Positions 1-9,561 of a DNA stretch of 64,000 nt are shown piece after piece. The DNA comes from an uncultured Gemmatimonadales bacterium (GTDB lineage Bacteria > Gemmatimonadota > Gemmatimonadetes > Gemmatimonadales > GWC2-71-9). The notes below the pieces were generated by a model, which worked only from the letters and a program-made list of their open reading frames with translations, had not been told where the DNA came from and did not search any database. Position 1 is the stretch's first letter. Each line of letters opens with the position of its first letter. Both the position numbers and the translations under genes were made by a program. The stretch covers positions 2,656,001 to 2,720,000 of the forward strand of contig CAWHFW010000005.1 of assembly GCA_963828735.1 (NCBI GenBank). Direction: 5' to 3'.

Positions 1-1142
1 ACCGCGGCGCCGACGAATACGCTCTCGTCGGCCGCATAGAAGCGCGGCGAATGAGCGGGGAGCCACGGACCGCCAGGCTCGCGCGCGCCGACCCTGAGAA
101 AGCACCCAGGCAGACGCTCAAGGTAGAACGCGAAGTCTTCCCCGCCCATGTTGGCCCCGGCGAGCGGCACCAGCGCGTCGGGGCCGAGCACGGTGCGCAC
201 CGCCTCGCGGGCCCAGCCGGTCGGCCCTGGCTGGTTCGTCAGCGGCGGCGTGCCGGCGCCGAACGACACCTTCGCCTCCAGCCGGTGCGCCGCCGCGACG
301 TGCACGCTGATTGTCTGGAGCCCGGCGAGCAGCAGATCGCGCGAGGCGCTGTCCACCGCGCGGACGGTTCCAGTCACCTCGGCAGTTCCCGGAATGACGT
401 TGTCCGCCGTGCCCGCGTGCACCGATGCGACCGTCACGACGCCTGGCAGTGCCGGATCCAGTCTCCGGGAGACCAGCGTCTGGAGCGCCGTGATCAACGC
501 CGCCGCTCCAACCACCGGATCGGCGGACTCGTGCGGGCGGGCCGCATGCGCGCCTGAGCCGACCAGCTCGATCCGGAAGAAGTCCGCCGACGCCGCCAGC
601 GCCCCGGGTTGCGCCACCACCTGTCCTACCGGGTACCGCCGATCCACGTGCGCCCCGATGATGGCCGATGCCCCGTTCAGCGCGCCGGTCGCGAGCACCG
701 CCGCCGCACCCTCGGCCGCTTCCTCCGCCGGCTGCAGCAGCACCAGCACGTCGCCGTCGGCCGGCGACTTCCGCAGGAGCATCGCGGCGCCCACCGTCCA
801 GCTCGCGTGCACATCGTGCCCGCATGCGTGCATGACCCCCGGCGTCTCCGATGCATACGCGAGGCCTGTGGCCTCCTGGATCGGGAGCGCGTCGATGTCG
901 CCGCGGATCACCACCGGGGGGCCGCCCGAGGTCCGTCCCGGGATGCGGCCGAGCAGGCCCGTACCGGCCACTCGCCGGATGTCCGCGACACCAAGCGCCG
1001 CCAGCGCCGCCTCCAGGCGGGCCGCGGTCGCCTCCTCCTGCCAGGAGAGCTCCGGCCGGCGATGCAGCTCGTGTCTCAAGGCGATGAGCCGCGCCGCGTC
1101 TTCCTCCCCGAAGCCCAGCGTGGCCGGCAGCGCGGACCTCAA
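1..1142 (-). CDS. M20-family amidohydrolase (probable N-succinyl-L-amino acid hydrolase); 3' end outside window, probable 1-nt insertion near 47
   Basis: Manual translation (absent from ORF track): LRHELHRRPELSWQE, RGDIDALPI, MHACGHDVH, QPAEE, GGEDFAFY. TTG start overlaps the GNAT stop (TTGA). Confidence 0.9.
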   Translation of the reverse strand, partial: MRSALPATLGFGEEDAARLIALRHELHRRPELSWQEEATAARLEAALAALGVADIRRVAGTGLLGRIPGRTSGGPPVVIRGDIDALPIQEATGLAYASETPGVMHACGHDVHASWTVGAAMLLRKSPADGDVLVLLQPAEEAAEGAAAVLATGALNGASAIIGAHVDRRYPVGQVVAQPGALAASADFFRIELVGSGAHAARPHESADPVVGAAALITALQTLVSRRLDPALPGVVTVASVHAGTADNVIPGTAEVTGTVRAVDSASRDLLLAGLQTISVHVAAAHRLEAKVSFGAGTPPLTNQPGPTGWAREAVRTVLGPDALVPLAGANMGGEDFAFYLERLPGCFLRVGAREPGGPWLPAHSPRFYAADESVFVGAA

Positions 1143-1942
1143 CGCTCCGCCTTCGAGAGCCGGTAGAAGCCGCCCGAGTTGGCCCGCTGGAAGCCCGAGA
1201 CGCGGTAGCCGTTGCCGAGACAGTGGAGAAACGCCGAGCGCGTGGACTCGCGCCACGCGCGGGCCGTGGCGGGCGCGGTGGCGATCAGATCCTGGATGTC
1301 GCCGGGAATCGCGATGAAGAGCTCGGGCGCGCCTTCGGTCGCGCATGGCATCGCGAGGTTCACCACGAGGGCCGCCGGGGGCTCCGCCGCCGGGGCGTGA
1401 GGTGAGGTTCGTGCCAGCGTACCGGCGCCCGAAGTGAGCTCCCAGGCGACGACCAGTCGATCGGTGCCGATCGCGTCGTGCAGCGCGCTCCCCGTGTCCG
1501 AGCCGTACATCTCCGGTACGTACTCGGCCACCTCCGCGCCAAGGGCATTGAGGTTGAGGTGCGCGTTCCGGGCCACGAGCGGATCGTAAGTCCAGAACAT
1601 GCGCGTCACGCCGAGCTCCGCGACCAGGGAGCGTTGGTACAGCTTGAGGCGTCGGCCAAGACCGCGGTCCCGGGCCTCCGGGCGGACGGCAAGGAGGTCG
1701 GACCAGTGCACCAGCCGCCCGTCCTGCACGCCCGTCATTCCGAACACGAAGCCGAGCATCGCCCCGCCGTGCCCGTCGAACGCAGCGGCTGTCACGCCGC
1801 CGAGATACTGCGCTACCCTGAGGATCGTGGCCGGCACGCGCTCGTTGAAGCCCGCGCCCCACGTCAGATCTTCGATGCGGACGCACTCGTCGTACTCGGC
1901 TTGTGTCTCCACCCGACGGATGACGATGCCGTCTTCGCTCAT
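1139..1942 (-). CDS. GNAT acyltransferase (putative D-amino acid N-succinyltransferase)
   Basis: MSEDGIVIRR...HWSDLLAVRPEARDRGLGRRLKLYQR...WTYDPLVARNAHLNLNALG. ATGA-coupled to the permease; context with NSAR/OSBS and M20. Confidence 0.85.
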   Translation of the reverse strand: MSEDGIVIRRVETQAEYDECVRIEDLTWGAGFNERVPATILRVAQYLGGVTAAAFDGHGGAMLGFVFGMTGVQDGRLVHWSDLLAVRPEARDRGLGRRLKLYQRSLVAELGVTRMFWTYDPLVARNAHLNLNALGAEVAEYVPEMYGSDTGSALHDAIGTDRLVVAWELTSGAGTLARTSPHAPAAEPPAALVVNLAMPCATEGAPELFIAIPGDIQDLIATAPATARAWRESTRSAFLHCLGNGYRVSGFQRANSGGFYRLSKAER

Positions 1943-3294
1943 GATGGCGGGGCTCCGGCAGGACCGGGCGCAGGTTCGGCACCCGCCGGAGCGCCGCGGC
2001 GGCGCCAGACCAGATAGACCGGCGACCCGAGGAGGACGACACCGAGGCCGATCGCCGCCCGGCCCGGCTGGGCGACGATCGTGTTGAGCACGATCGCGGC
2101 GGCGGACGCGACGAACAGGAGCGGCGTGATCGGATAGCCGGGTACCCGGAACGGACGGGGCGCGTCGGGCGCGCGCCGGCGATAGCGGAACAGGCTGAGC
2201 GCGCCCAGCGCGTAGAAGATCCAGCCGACGAACACGACGTAGGTGAGGAGCTGCTCGAAGGTGCCGGTGACGGCGAGCAGCATTGCCCAGGCGGAAGACG
2301 CCACGATGGCCACGGCCGGAGTGCCGAAGCGCGGATGTACCTGGGCGAGCTGACGGAAGAAGACCCCGTCCCGGGCCATCGCGAAGAAGGCGCGCGGGAG
2401 CGTGAGCACGGTTCCGTTCGTGGCGCTGAAGATGGAGACCAGGATCACGAGGGCCACCACCGTGCCGGCGGCGTGTCCGAAGAGCGCGGTCGCGGCCTCG
2501 GCCGCCACCCGGTTCGATCCCGCGACGCCGGCCGGACCGAGCGCCGCGATATAGCCGAGGCAGGCGAGCAGGTAGATGCCGACCAGCGCGGCGGTGCCCA
2601 GCACGATCGCGCGCGGGAAGGTGCGCTGGGGATCCCGCGCTTCGCCGGCGGAGTAGGTGACGAACTGCCAGCCCTCGTAGGCCCACAACGTCCCGATCAT
2701 CGCCAGGCCGAAGCCGGTGACCAGCGAGCCGCCGGCGACCGGCGTCACGGGGGCGACTTGGCTGAAGCCGTGGCCCTTCAACAGGAACAGGACGCTCATC
2801 AGCAGGATACCGGCCACCTTGATCAGCGTGGTCCAGCCCTGCAGTCGCGCGCTGCCGCGAGTCCCCCGGACGTTGATCACCGCAATCGTCGCGATCAATG
2901 CCACCGCGGTGAGCCGGCCGGTCACGGGCCCCAACGGCACGATCTGGCCGAGGTACGTGGTGGACGCCACCGCGAGCGTGGCAATGGTACCGCTGCCGGT
3001 GACGAAGAAGAGCGTCCAGCCGAACAAGAAGGCCGGGAAGGGACCGAACGCGTCGCGGATGTACACGTACAGGCCGCCGGCCTCGGGCCGCATCGCGCCG
3101 AGCTCGGCGTAGGTGAGGGCGCCAAGCAGCGAGAGCGCCCCGCCCACGATCCAGACCAGGAGTGATATCCCGACCGAGCCGCCCGTCTGACGCATGACGG
3201 CGCCGGGGACGATGAAAATGCCTGAGCCGATGACCGTGCCGATCACGATCGCCACCAGCTGGCGCAGGCTGAGGAGGCGGGGCAGCTCGCTCAT
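1939..3294 (-). CDS. APC-family amino acid permease
   Basis: GTVIGSGIF, GALTYAELGAMRPEAGG, LWAYEGW, many TM segments; ATGA overlap with the upstream gene. Confidence 0.93.
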   Translation of the reverse strand: MSELPRLLSLRQLVAIVIGTVIGSGIFIVPGAVMRQTGGSVGISLLVWIVGGALSLLGALTYAELGAMRPEAGGLYVYIRDAFGPFPAFLFGWTLFFVTGSGTIATLAVASTTYLGQIVPLGPVTGRLTAVALIATIAVINVRGTRGSARLQGWTTLIKVAGILLMSVLFLLKGHGFSQVAPVTPVAGGSLVTGFGLAMIGTLWAYEGWQFVTYSAGEARDPQRTFPRAIVLGTAALVGIYLLACLGYIAALGPAGVAGSNRVAAEAATALFGHAAGTVVALVILVSIFSATNGTVLTLPRAFFAMARDGVFFRQLAQVHPRFGTPAVAIVASSAWAMLLAVTGTFEQLLTYVVFVGWIFYALGALSLFRYRRRAPDAPRPFRVPGYPITPLLFVASAAAIVLNTIVAQPGRAAIGLGVVLLGSPVYLVWRRRGAPAGAEPAPGPAGAPPS

Positions 3295-4418
3295 GCGCCG
3301 CGTCCCAACCGCTCTTCGCGTACCGTCAGCCGTCCGATCATCTCGCGGTCCGGCGTGACACCGATGCCTGGATCCGTCGGGACGCTGACCAGGCCGTCCT
3401 GCATCGTCCACTCGGGCGAGACCACGTCCCGCTCCCAGTACCGCGCGCTCGGAGAGACGTCACCCGGCTTGAGGAAGTTGGGCAGCGCGGCGAGCGCCAC
3501 GTTGTACCCCCGGCCCACGCCGCTCTCGAGCATGCCGCCGCACCAGACGGGAATGTCGTGGGCCGCGCAGAAGTCGTGGATCGCGATGGACGGCCCGAAC
3601 CCGCCGACCCGGCCCGGCTTGATGTTGACGATGCGCCCGCTCCCGAGGGCGACCATCTCCTGGGCCCGCTCGAGCGAGGTGATCGACTCGTCGAGGCACA
3701 GCGGTGTCCGGAGGCGAGGCTGGAGCTCCGCGTGCTGGCGGAGGTCGTCCCAGGCGAGCGGCTGTTCGATCATCATGAGACCGAGCTCGTCCAGTTCGAG
3801 GAGGCGGTCGGTGTCAGCGAGGGTATAGGCGTTGTTGGCGTCGGCCATGAGCGGCGCGTCGGGCCCGAGGGCGGCGCGAACGGCGCGGACGAACTCCACA
3901 TCCGAGCCCGGCTCGATCTTGAGCTTCACCTTGCGGTAGCCGTCCTGCACCGCGCGCGCGGCGCGCTCGACTAGCGCCGCGGGCGAGGTCTGGATGCCGA
4001 GCGAGATGCCGACCTCGATACCGGCTCGCGTCCCGCCGAGGCGGGCGGCCAGCGAGAGACCCTGTCGCTCGGCGTCGAGCGCCCACATTCCCATCTCGAG
4101 CGCGGCCTTGGCCATGAGGTGCCCGCGGAAGTTGTGCTGCAGGGCGGGGAATACCTCTTCGGGGCCGGCGAACGTCCGGCCGAGGACCCGGGGGGCGACC
4201 CAGTGCTTGAGAGCGAGCCAGGCGGTGTCGATGGTCTCGCCGGTGTAGTTGGGCTCCTCGGGCGCGACGCACTCGCTCCACACGGTCACGCCGTCGGCGT
4301 CCTCCAGCTCGAGGAGGAAAATGCGGCGCGCCCGCTGCGTCCCCGAGGAGATCCGGAATGGCTCGCGCAGCGGGAGCTGGATCTCCCGGAGGACGAGGCA
4401 CGCGAGGGCCAGGCTCAC
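3291..4418 (-). CDS. menC: o-succinylbenzoate synthase / N-succinylamino acid racemase (enolase superfamily)
   Basis: KVKLKI, DANNAY, MIEQPL, LDESI, NIKPGRVGG, WCGGMLESG. GTG start at 4418 inferred. Confidence 0.9.
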   Translation of the reverse strand: MSLALACLVLREIQLPLREPFRISSGTQRARRIFLLELEDADGVTVWSECVAPEEPNYTGETIDTAWLALKHWVAPRVLGRTFAGPEEVFPALQHNFRGHLMAKAALEMGMWALDAERQGLSLAARLGGTRAGIEVGISLGIQTSPAALVERAARAVQDGYRKVKLKIEPGSDVEFVRAVRAALGPDAPLMADANNAYTLADTDRLLELDELGLMMIEQPLAWDDLRQHAELQPRLRTPLCLDESITSLERAQEMVALGSGRIVNIKPGRVGGFGPSIAIHDFCAAHDIPVWCGGMLESGVGRGYNVALAALPNFLKPGDVSPSARYWERDVVSPEWTMQDGLVSVPTDPGIGVTPDREMIGRLTVREERLGRGA

Positions 4419-4444
4419 CGCGGGGGAGTCGCTGCGGGAGTGGC

Positions 4445-4470
4445 TACTGGATTCAGTATTGTATACATTA
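4445..4470. promoter_or_regulatory. AT-rich divergent promoter region with palindromes; TTGTATACA resembles a GntR/FadR-type operator
   Basis: Perfect palindrome TGTATACA at 4460-4467 and TACTG-N4-CAGTA at 4445-4458, between divergent genes in otherwise very GC-rich DNA. Confidence 0.55.
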
Positions 4471-4541
4471 GTAGAAACAATGGACGGTCGGCGCGTACCG
4501 CGCAAGAGGGTCCGTTACTCACCAGCCCATCTTCCTGCCAA

Positions 4542-6289
4542 ATGCCTGCTGCCGCTACCCGCTTGGTTCCCTGGCTCCCGTTCCTCGGCCTGCTCGCCTG
4601 CCACGCCGGACCCGCCGCTACATCGCCCGGGCCCATCCCGGAGGTACGGTATGACGTGATCCTGGCGGACGGAAAGGTGATGGACGGTACCGGCAACGCC
4701 TGGTTCCAGGGGGACGTGGGCGTCACGGGGGACCGGATCACCTGGGTGGGGCCGGCCGGCTCCCTGAGCGGGGCGACAGCAGCGCGGCGGGTCGACGCCC
4801 GCGGGATGGTCGTGGCGCCGGGCTTCATCGATATCCAGAGCGGCTCCTACGACAACCTCCTCGTGGGCGACGGCCGCTCGCTCAGCAAGGTGACACAGGG
4901 CATCACGACCGAGATCATGGGCGAGGCGTACACCCCGGCGCCCTGGAACGACGCCGTGGCCGCATTCAGCGACTTCCTCTTCGCCTACGCCGACAGCGCC
5001 ACGGTCAAGCGCACCGTGGCGGAGCTCGGCGGCCCGCACGGGTTCGGGAACTGGCTGGACGCGATGCAGCGGCACGGCATGTCGGTCAACGCGGGCTCGT
5101 TTCTCGGCGCCACCACGCTGCGCACCTACGTCATGGGGCAGTCGCCCGGGGCGCCGAGCGCGGAACAGCTGGACTCGATGCGGGCGCTCATGCGGGGCGC
5201 GATGGAGGACGGCGCCTTCGGGCTCGGGACGGCGCTGATCTACCCCCCGGCAACTACGCCTCCACGTCGGAGCTGACCGAGATCGCGAAGGCGATGGCGC
5301 CCTATCATGGCGTCTACATCACCCACATGCGGTCGGAGGCCGACCGGTTTCTCGAGGGGATGGACGAGGCGCTGGCGATCGGCCGCAACGGCGGGGTGCC
5401 GGTCGAGATCTACCATCTGAAGGCGGCGGGAAAGCGCAACTGGGATAAGGCGGCGCAGGCGATCGCCAAGATCGACTCGGCCCGCGCCGCGGGACAGGAC
5501 GTCTCCGCCGACATGTATCCCTACATCGCCGGCGGCACCGAGCTCGCCGCCTGCCTGCCGCCCTGGGCCTCGGCCGACGGGCGACTGATGGAGAACCTGA
5601 AGGACTCGGCCACGCGCGCGCGCATCCGCACCGAGGTCTCGGCCGAGCGCTCGGCGGAGTGGGAGAATCTCTGCCAGCTCGCGACGCCGGAGGGAGTTCG
5701 GGTCGGCGACTTCCAGCGCCCGGAGAACAAGCGCTTCGAGAACCAATCCCTGGAGCAGATCGCGGCCACCCGGGGGCAGCCCTGGGTCGACGCGCTGATG
5801 GACTTGACGGTGGAGGAGAACGGCCGGCTCGGCGCGATGTTCTTTCTCATGAGCGAGGAGAACGTCGAGCTGCAGCTCCGGCAGCCGTGGATCAAGTTCG
5901 GCACCGACGCCGGCGCGAGCGATCCTGCCGACACGCACGGCAGCGAGACGCACCCGCGGGCCTACGGCACCTTCCCGAGGATTTTAGGGCACTACGTGCG
6001 GGAGCGCCGGGTGCTGCCGCTCGAGGACGCGGTCCGGAAGATGACGTCCGCGGTCGCGGAGCGGCTTTCGATTCGCGATCGCGGGCTCGTGCGTGAGGGC
6101 ATGTTCGCCGACCTCGTGGTGTTCGATCCCGCTACCGTGATCGACAACGCTACCTACGAGCACTCGCACCAGATCTCCAGCGGCATCCTGGACGTCTTCG
6201 TCAATGGCGTCCCGGTCGTGCTGGATGGCAAGCACACCGGCGCTAAACCCGGGAAGGCCGTGCGGGGGCCGGGCTGGCGCCACAACTAG
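4542..6289 (+). CDS. N-acyl-D-amino-acid deacylase (amidohydrolase family), lipoprotein-like N-terminus; 1-nt deletion near 5249
   Basis: VAPGFIDIQ, YITHMRSE, HPRAYGTFPRILG, ADLVVFDP. Adding one G restores LIYPPGNYASTSEL and joins ORFs 4119-5276 and 5294-6289. Confidence 0.88.
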
Positions 6290-6372
6290 GGACGCAGCAG
6301 ATCGAGTTGGTGGTGGCGGAGACGCTGTTGCAGCCGCCGAAAGGGACGGCGGCGAAGTAACGGGGCCCGTTC

Positions 6373-6882
6373 CTACTCCGATCCTGGCGCCATGGAGTCC
6401 TCCACCCGAGGCCTGATGCTCTCGTCGCGCGCCAGGATCCGCGCGCAGGTGTTCCACCGGAGGATCGCCTCGTCGTTGCCCGCCGGACGCCCGGCCTCCG
6501 CCTTCTCGTACCACTCCATCGCCTCGCGAAACCAGTGGTAGGCGAGCTCGCCCGATCCCATCGACCCGCGGCGCACGTAGGCCTTGGCGCAGCGCTCCGC
6601 GACGATCCCGGAGTAGTAGGCCCGCTTGTACTCGCCGTCCAGCCGGGCCAGCAGGTCCTTGGCGCGACGCACCCCTTCGGCCGGCCCCGCCGTGAACTGG
6701 TCGGTGATCGCGAGGATCAGGGTGATCAGCGCCTCCTGGCTTCGGGGATCCACCTCCAGCACGTCGAGGCAGATGCTCTCCGCGGACGAGGGGTCGTTGA
6801 TGATCCGGTAGCGCTCCGCCTTCTGCAGCGCCGCCGGAATGCCCTCCCGCGAGATCCGCTTGAGCTCGTACTCGTCGGTCAC
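6373..6882 (-). CDS. Hypothetical TPR-like helical protein, last gene of the sdh operon
   Basis: GTG start overlaps the sdhB stop (GTGA); TDEYELKRISREGIPAALQKAERYR...ILRWNTCAR. Confidence 0.75.
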   Translation of the reverse strand: MTDEYELKRISREGIPAALQKAERYRIINDPSSAESICLDVLEVDPRSQEALITLILAITDQFTAGPAEGVRRAKDLLARLDGEYKRAYYSGIVAERCAKAYVRRGSMGSGELAYHWFREAMEWYEKAEAGRPAGNDEAILRWNTCARILARDESIRPRVEDSMAPGSE

Positions 6883-7712
6883 GGTTGTTCCCTCCGGCTG
6901 AACAGCTTCAGCACCCGTCCCAGCGGATCGTAGAACTCGTCCACCACCCGCTCCTTGAGCGGGATGATCGCGTTGTCCGTGATCGTGATGTGCTCGGGGC
7001 ACACCGTGGTGCAGCACTTCGTGATGTTGCAGTACCCGATCCCGTGCTCGCGCTTCAGGGCCTCGACCCGGTCCTCGGTGTCGAGCGGGTGCATCTCGAG
7101 CGCCGCGGCGTACACCAGGAAGCGCGGCCCGATGAACTCGTCGTGCAGATGGTGATCCCGCAGGACGTGACAGACGTCCTGGCACAGGAAGCACTCGATG
7201 CACTTCCGGAACTCCTGCACCCGATCCACGTCCGACTGGTCGATCCGCCAGGTCCCGTCGGGCGCGTCCGGCGCCCGGGGCTTGAAGGGTGCGATCCGTG
7301 TTTTCACCCGGAAGTTCCACGAGACGTCGGTCACGAGGTCCTTGACCGCCGGAAACGCGCGCATGGGCTCCACGGTCACCGGCTTCTCGATGGGGAGCTC
7401 GTTCAGCCGGGTCATGCACATCAATTTGGGCTGGCCGTTCACCTCCGCCGAGCACGAGCCGCACTTGCCGGCCTTGCAGTTCCACCGGACGGCGAGGTCG
7501 TTGGCCTGCTCGGCCTGGATCTGGTGAATGGCGTCGAGCACGACCATTCCGGGCGACACCGCGGTGGTGTAGTCCACGAATTGCCCGCCGGCCCGGTCGC
7601 CGCGCCAGACGCGGAACGTGGCCGCGCCGTGGGGCTCGGCCCGCGGGTGCGGCGGCTCCGTCTCCTCGACCGCGCCAGTCTCGACCAGGTCCGGCTTCAA
7701 CGTTTCCGTCAC
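6879..7712 (-). CDS. sdhB: Succinate dehydrogenase/fumarate reductase iron-sulfur subunit
   Basis: CKAGKCGSC, CIECFLCQDVC and CNITKCCTTVCP Fe-S motifs. Confidence 0.95.
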   Translation of the reverse strand: MTETLKPDLVETGAVEETEPPHPRAEPHGAATFRVWRGDRAGGQFVDYTTAVSPGMVVLDAIHQIQAEQANDLAVRWNCKAGKCGSCSAEVNGQPKLMCMTRLNELPIEKPVTVEPMRAFPAVKDLVTDVSWNFRVKTRIAPFKPRAPDAPDGTWRIDQSDVDRVQEFRKCIECFLCQDVCHVLRDHHLHDEFIGPRFLVYAAALEMHPLDTEDRVEALKREHGIGYCNITKCCTTVCPEHITITDNAIIPLKERVVDEFYDPLGRVLKLFSRREQP

Positions 7713-7743
7713 CTATGCCTCCTGCCTTCGTCCCGAGGGCGCA

Positions 7744-9561
7744 CTACTTCTGCTCCTCGATCACCCGCTTGAGCTCCGCCGACATCTCCGCGATCGGCTC
7801 GCGCACGAGCTGCATCTCGCCGCCCGTGCCCTTCCGCACCACGATGTTGAACTTCCCGTAAGCCGGATCCTTCTCGGGGCAATCCTCGCGAAAATGTCCC
7901 CCGCGGCTCTCCTTGCGCTCGATCGCCGCCCTGGTCACCGCCTCGGAGACCGTGAGCAGGTTGTCGAGGTCGAGCGCGGTGTGCCACCCCGGATTGTATT
8001 CGCGGTTGCCGGGGACGCCCACCTTCCGCGCCCGGTCCTTCAACCGCCCGAGCCCCTCCAGCGCGCGCTCCATCTCGGGGCCGGTCCGGACGATGCCGAC
8101 CAGGTCCTGCATCATCCCCTGCAGCTCCTGCTGCACCTGGTACGGCCCCTCGCCGTTTACCTGGGCGCGCTCGAACGGCTCGAGCGCGCGCTCGACCGCG
8201 TCGTCCACCTCGGTGGAGTTGATGGCCGCGGAGCCATGGTCCCGCGCGAACCGCGCGGCGTACTCACCGGCGCGCTTCCCGAACACCAGCAGGTCGGACA
8301 GCGAGTTCCCGCCCAGCCGGTTCGCGCCGTGCAGCCCCGCCGCGCACTCGCCCGCGGCGAACAGGCCGGGCACGGTGGACATCTGGCTGTCCCCCTCCAC
8401 CCTGATGCCGCCCATGATGTAGTGCGTGGTGGGCCCGACCTCCATCGGCTCGGCGGTGATGTCGATATCGGCGAGCTGCTTGAACTGGTGGTACATGCTC
8501 GGGAGCTTGCGGATGATGTGCTCCCGCGCGTTGGGCAGCCGCTGCTTGATCCAGGAGATGTCGAGGAAGACGCCCCCGTGCGGGCTGCCACGCCCCTCGG
8601 CGACTTCCCGCCGGATGCAGCGGGCGACGTGGTCGCGGGTCAGGAGCTCGGGCGGCCGGCGGGCATCCTTGTCTCCCTGGGTGTAGCGCCAGCCCTCTTC
8701 CTCGTTGTCGGCGGTCTGGCTCCGGTAGTTCTCGGGGATGTCGTCGAACATGAACCGGCGGCCCTGGTTGTTGAGCAGGACGCCGCCTTCCCCGCGCACG
8801 CCCTCGGTCACCAGGATCCCGCGCACGCTGGGCGGCCAGATCATGCCGGTGGGATGGAACTGCACGAACTCCATGTCCTGCAGCGCGGCGCCCGCCTCGT
8901 AGGCCAGCGCGTGGCCGTCACCGGTGTATTCCCAGCTGTTGCTGGTGATCGAGTAGGCCCGGCCAATGCCGCCGGTCGCGAGGATGATGGCCTTGCACCG
9001 GTACACCTTGAAGCGGCCCCGCTCGCGGTCGTACCCAAGCGCGCCCGCGATCCGGCCGCCGTCGGTGAACAGCCGGAGCACCGTGCACTCCATGTGCACG
9101 TCGATGCCCTGATGGATGCTGTGGTCCTGGAGCGTCCGGATCATCTCGAGACCGGTCCGGTCGCCGACGTGCGCGAGGCGAGGATACTTGTGTCCGCCGA
9201 AGTTGCGCTGGAGAATGCGTCCATCGGTCGTCCGGTCGAACAGCGCGCCCCACGCCTCCAGCTCGCGCACCCGGTCCGGTGCTTCCTTCGCGTGCAGCTC
9301 GGCCATGCGCCAGTTGTTGACGTACTGGCCGCCCCGCATGGTGTCGGCGAAGTGCACCTGCCAGCCGTCGCGGTTGTCCACGTTCGCGAGCGACGCCGCG
9401 ATGCCGCCCTCCGCCATCACCGTATGCGCCTTCCCCAGGAGCGACTTGCACACGAGCCCGACCTTGACGCCCGCGCCCGACGCCGCGACCGCGGCGCGGA
9501 GCCCCGCGCCGCCGGCGCCGATCACCAGGACATCGTGCTCGACGGTCTGGTAGTCGGTCAG
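7744..9561 (-). CDS. sdhA: Succinate dehydrogenase/fumarate reductase flavoprotein subunit; start appears to be CTG
   Basis: DVLVIGAGGAG, KAHTVMAEGG, QFHPTG, HYIMGG, HGANRLGGNSL, ESRGGH. Confidence 0.95.
   Translation of the reverse strand: MTDYQTVEHDVLVIGAGGAGLRAAVAASGAGVKVGLVCKSLLGKAHTVMAEGGIAASLANVDNRDGWQVHFADTMRGGQYVNNWRMAELHAKEAPDRVRELEAWGALFDRTTDGRILQRNFGGHKYPRLAHVGDRTGLEMIRTLQDHSIHQGIDVHMECTVLRLFTDGGRIAGALGYDRERGRFKVYRCKAIILATGGIGRAYSITSNSWEYTGDGHALAYEAGAALQDMEFVQFHPTGMIWPPSVRGILVTEGVRGEGGVLLNNQGRRFMFDDIPENYRSQTADNEEEGWRYTQGDKDARRPPELLTRDHVARCIRREVAEGRGSPHGGVFLDISWIKQRLPNAREHIIRKLPSMYHQFKQLADIDITAEPMEVGPTTHYIMGGIRVEGDSQMSTVPGLFAAGECAAGLHGANRLGGNSLSDLLVFGKRAGEYAARFARDHGSAAINSTEVDDAVERALEPFERAQVNGEGPYQVQQELQGMMQDLVGIVRTGPEMERALEGLGRLKDRARKVGVPGNREYNPGWHTALDLDNLLTVSEAVTRAAIERKESRGGHFREDCPEKDPAYGKFNIVVRKGTGGEMQLVREPIAEMSAELKRVIEEQK

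Noticed and set aside
5240..5255. Programmed frameshift or phase variation in the deacylase
   Set aside because: One missing base beside a C6/GG run is a typical long-read error.
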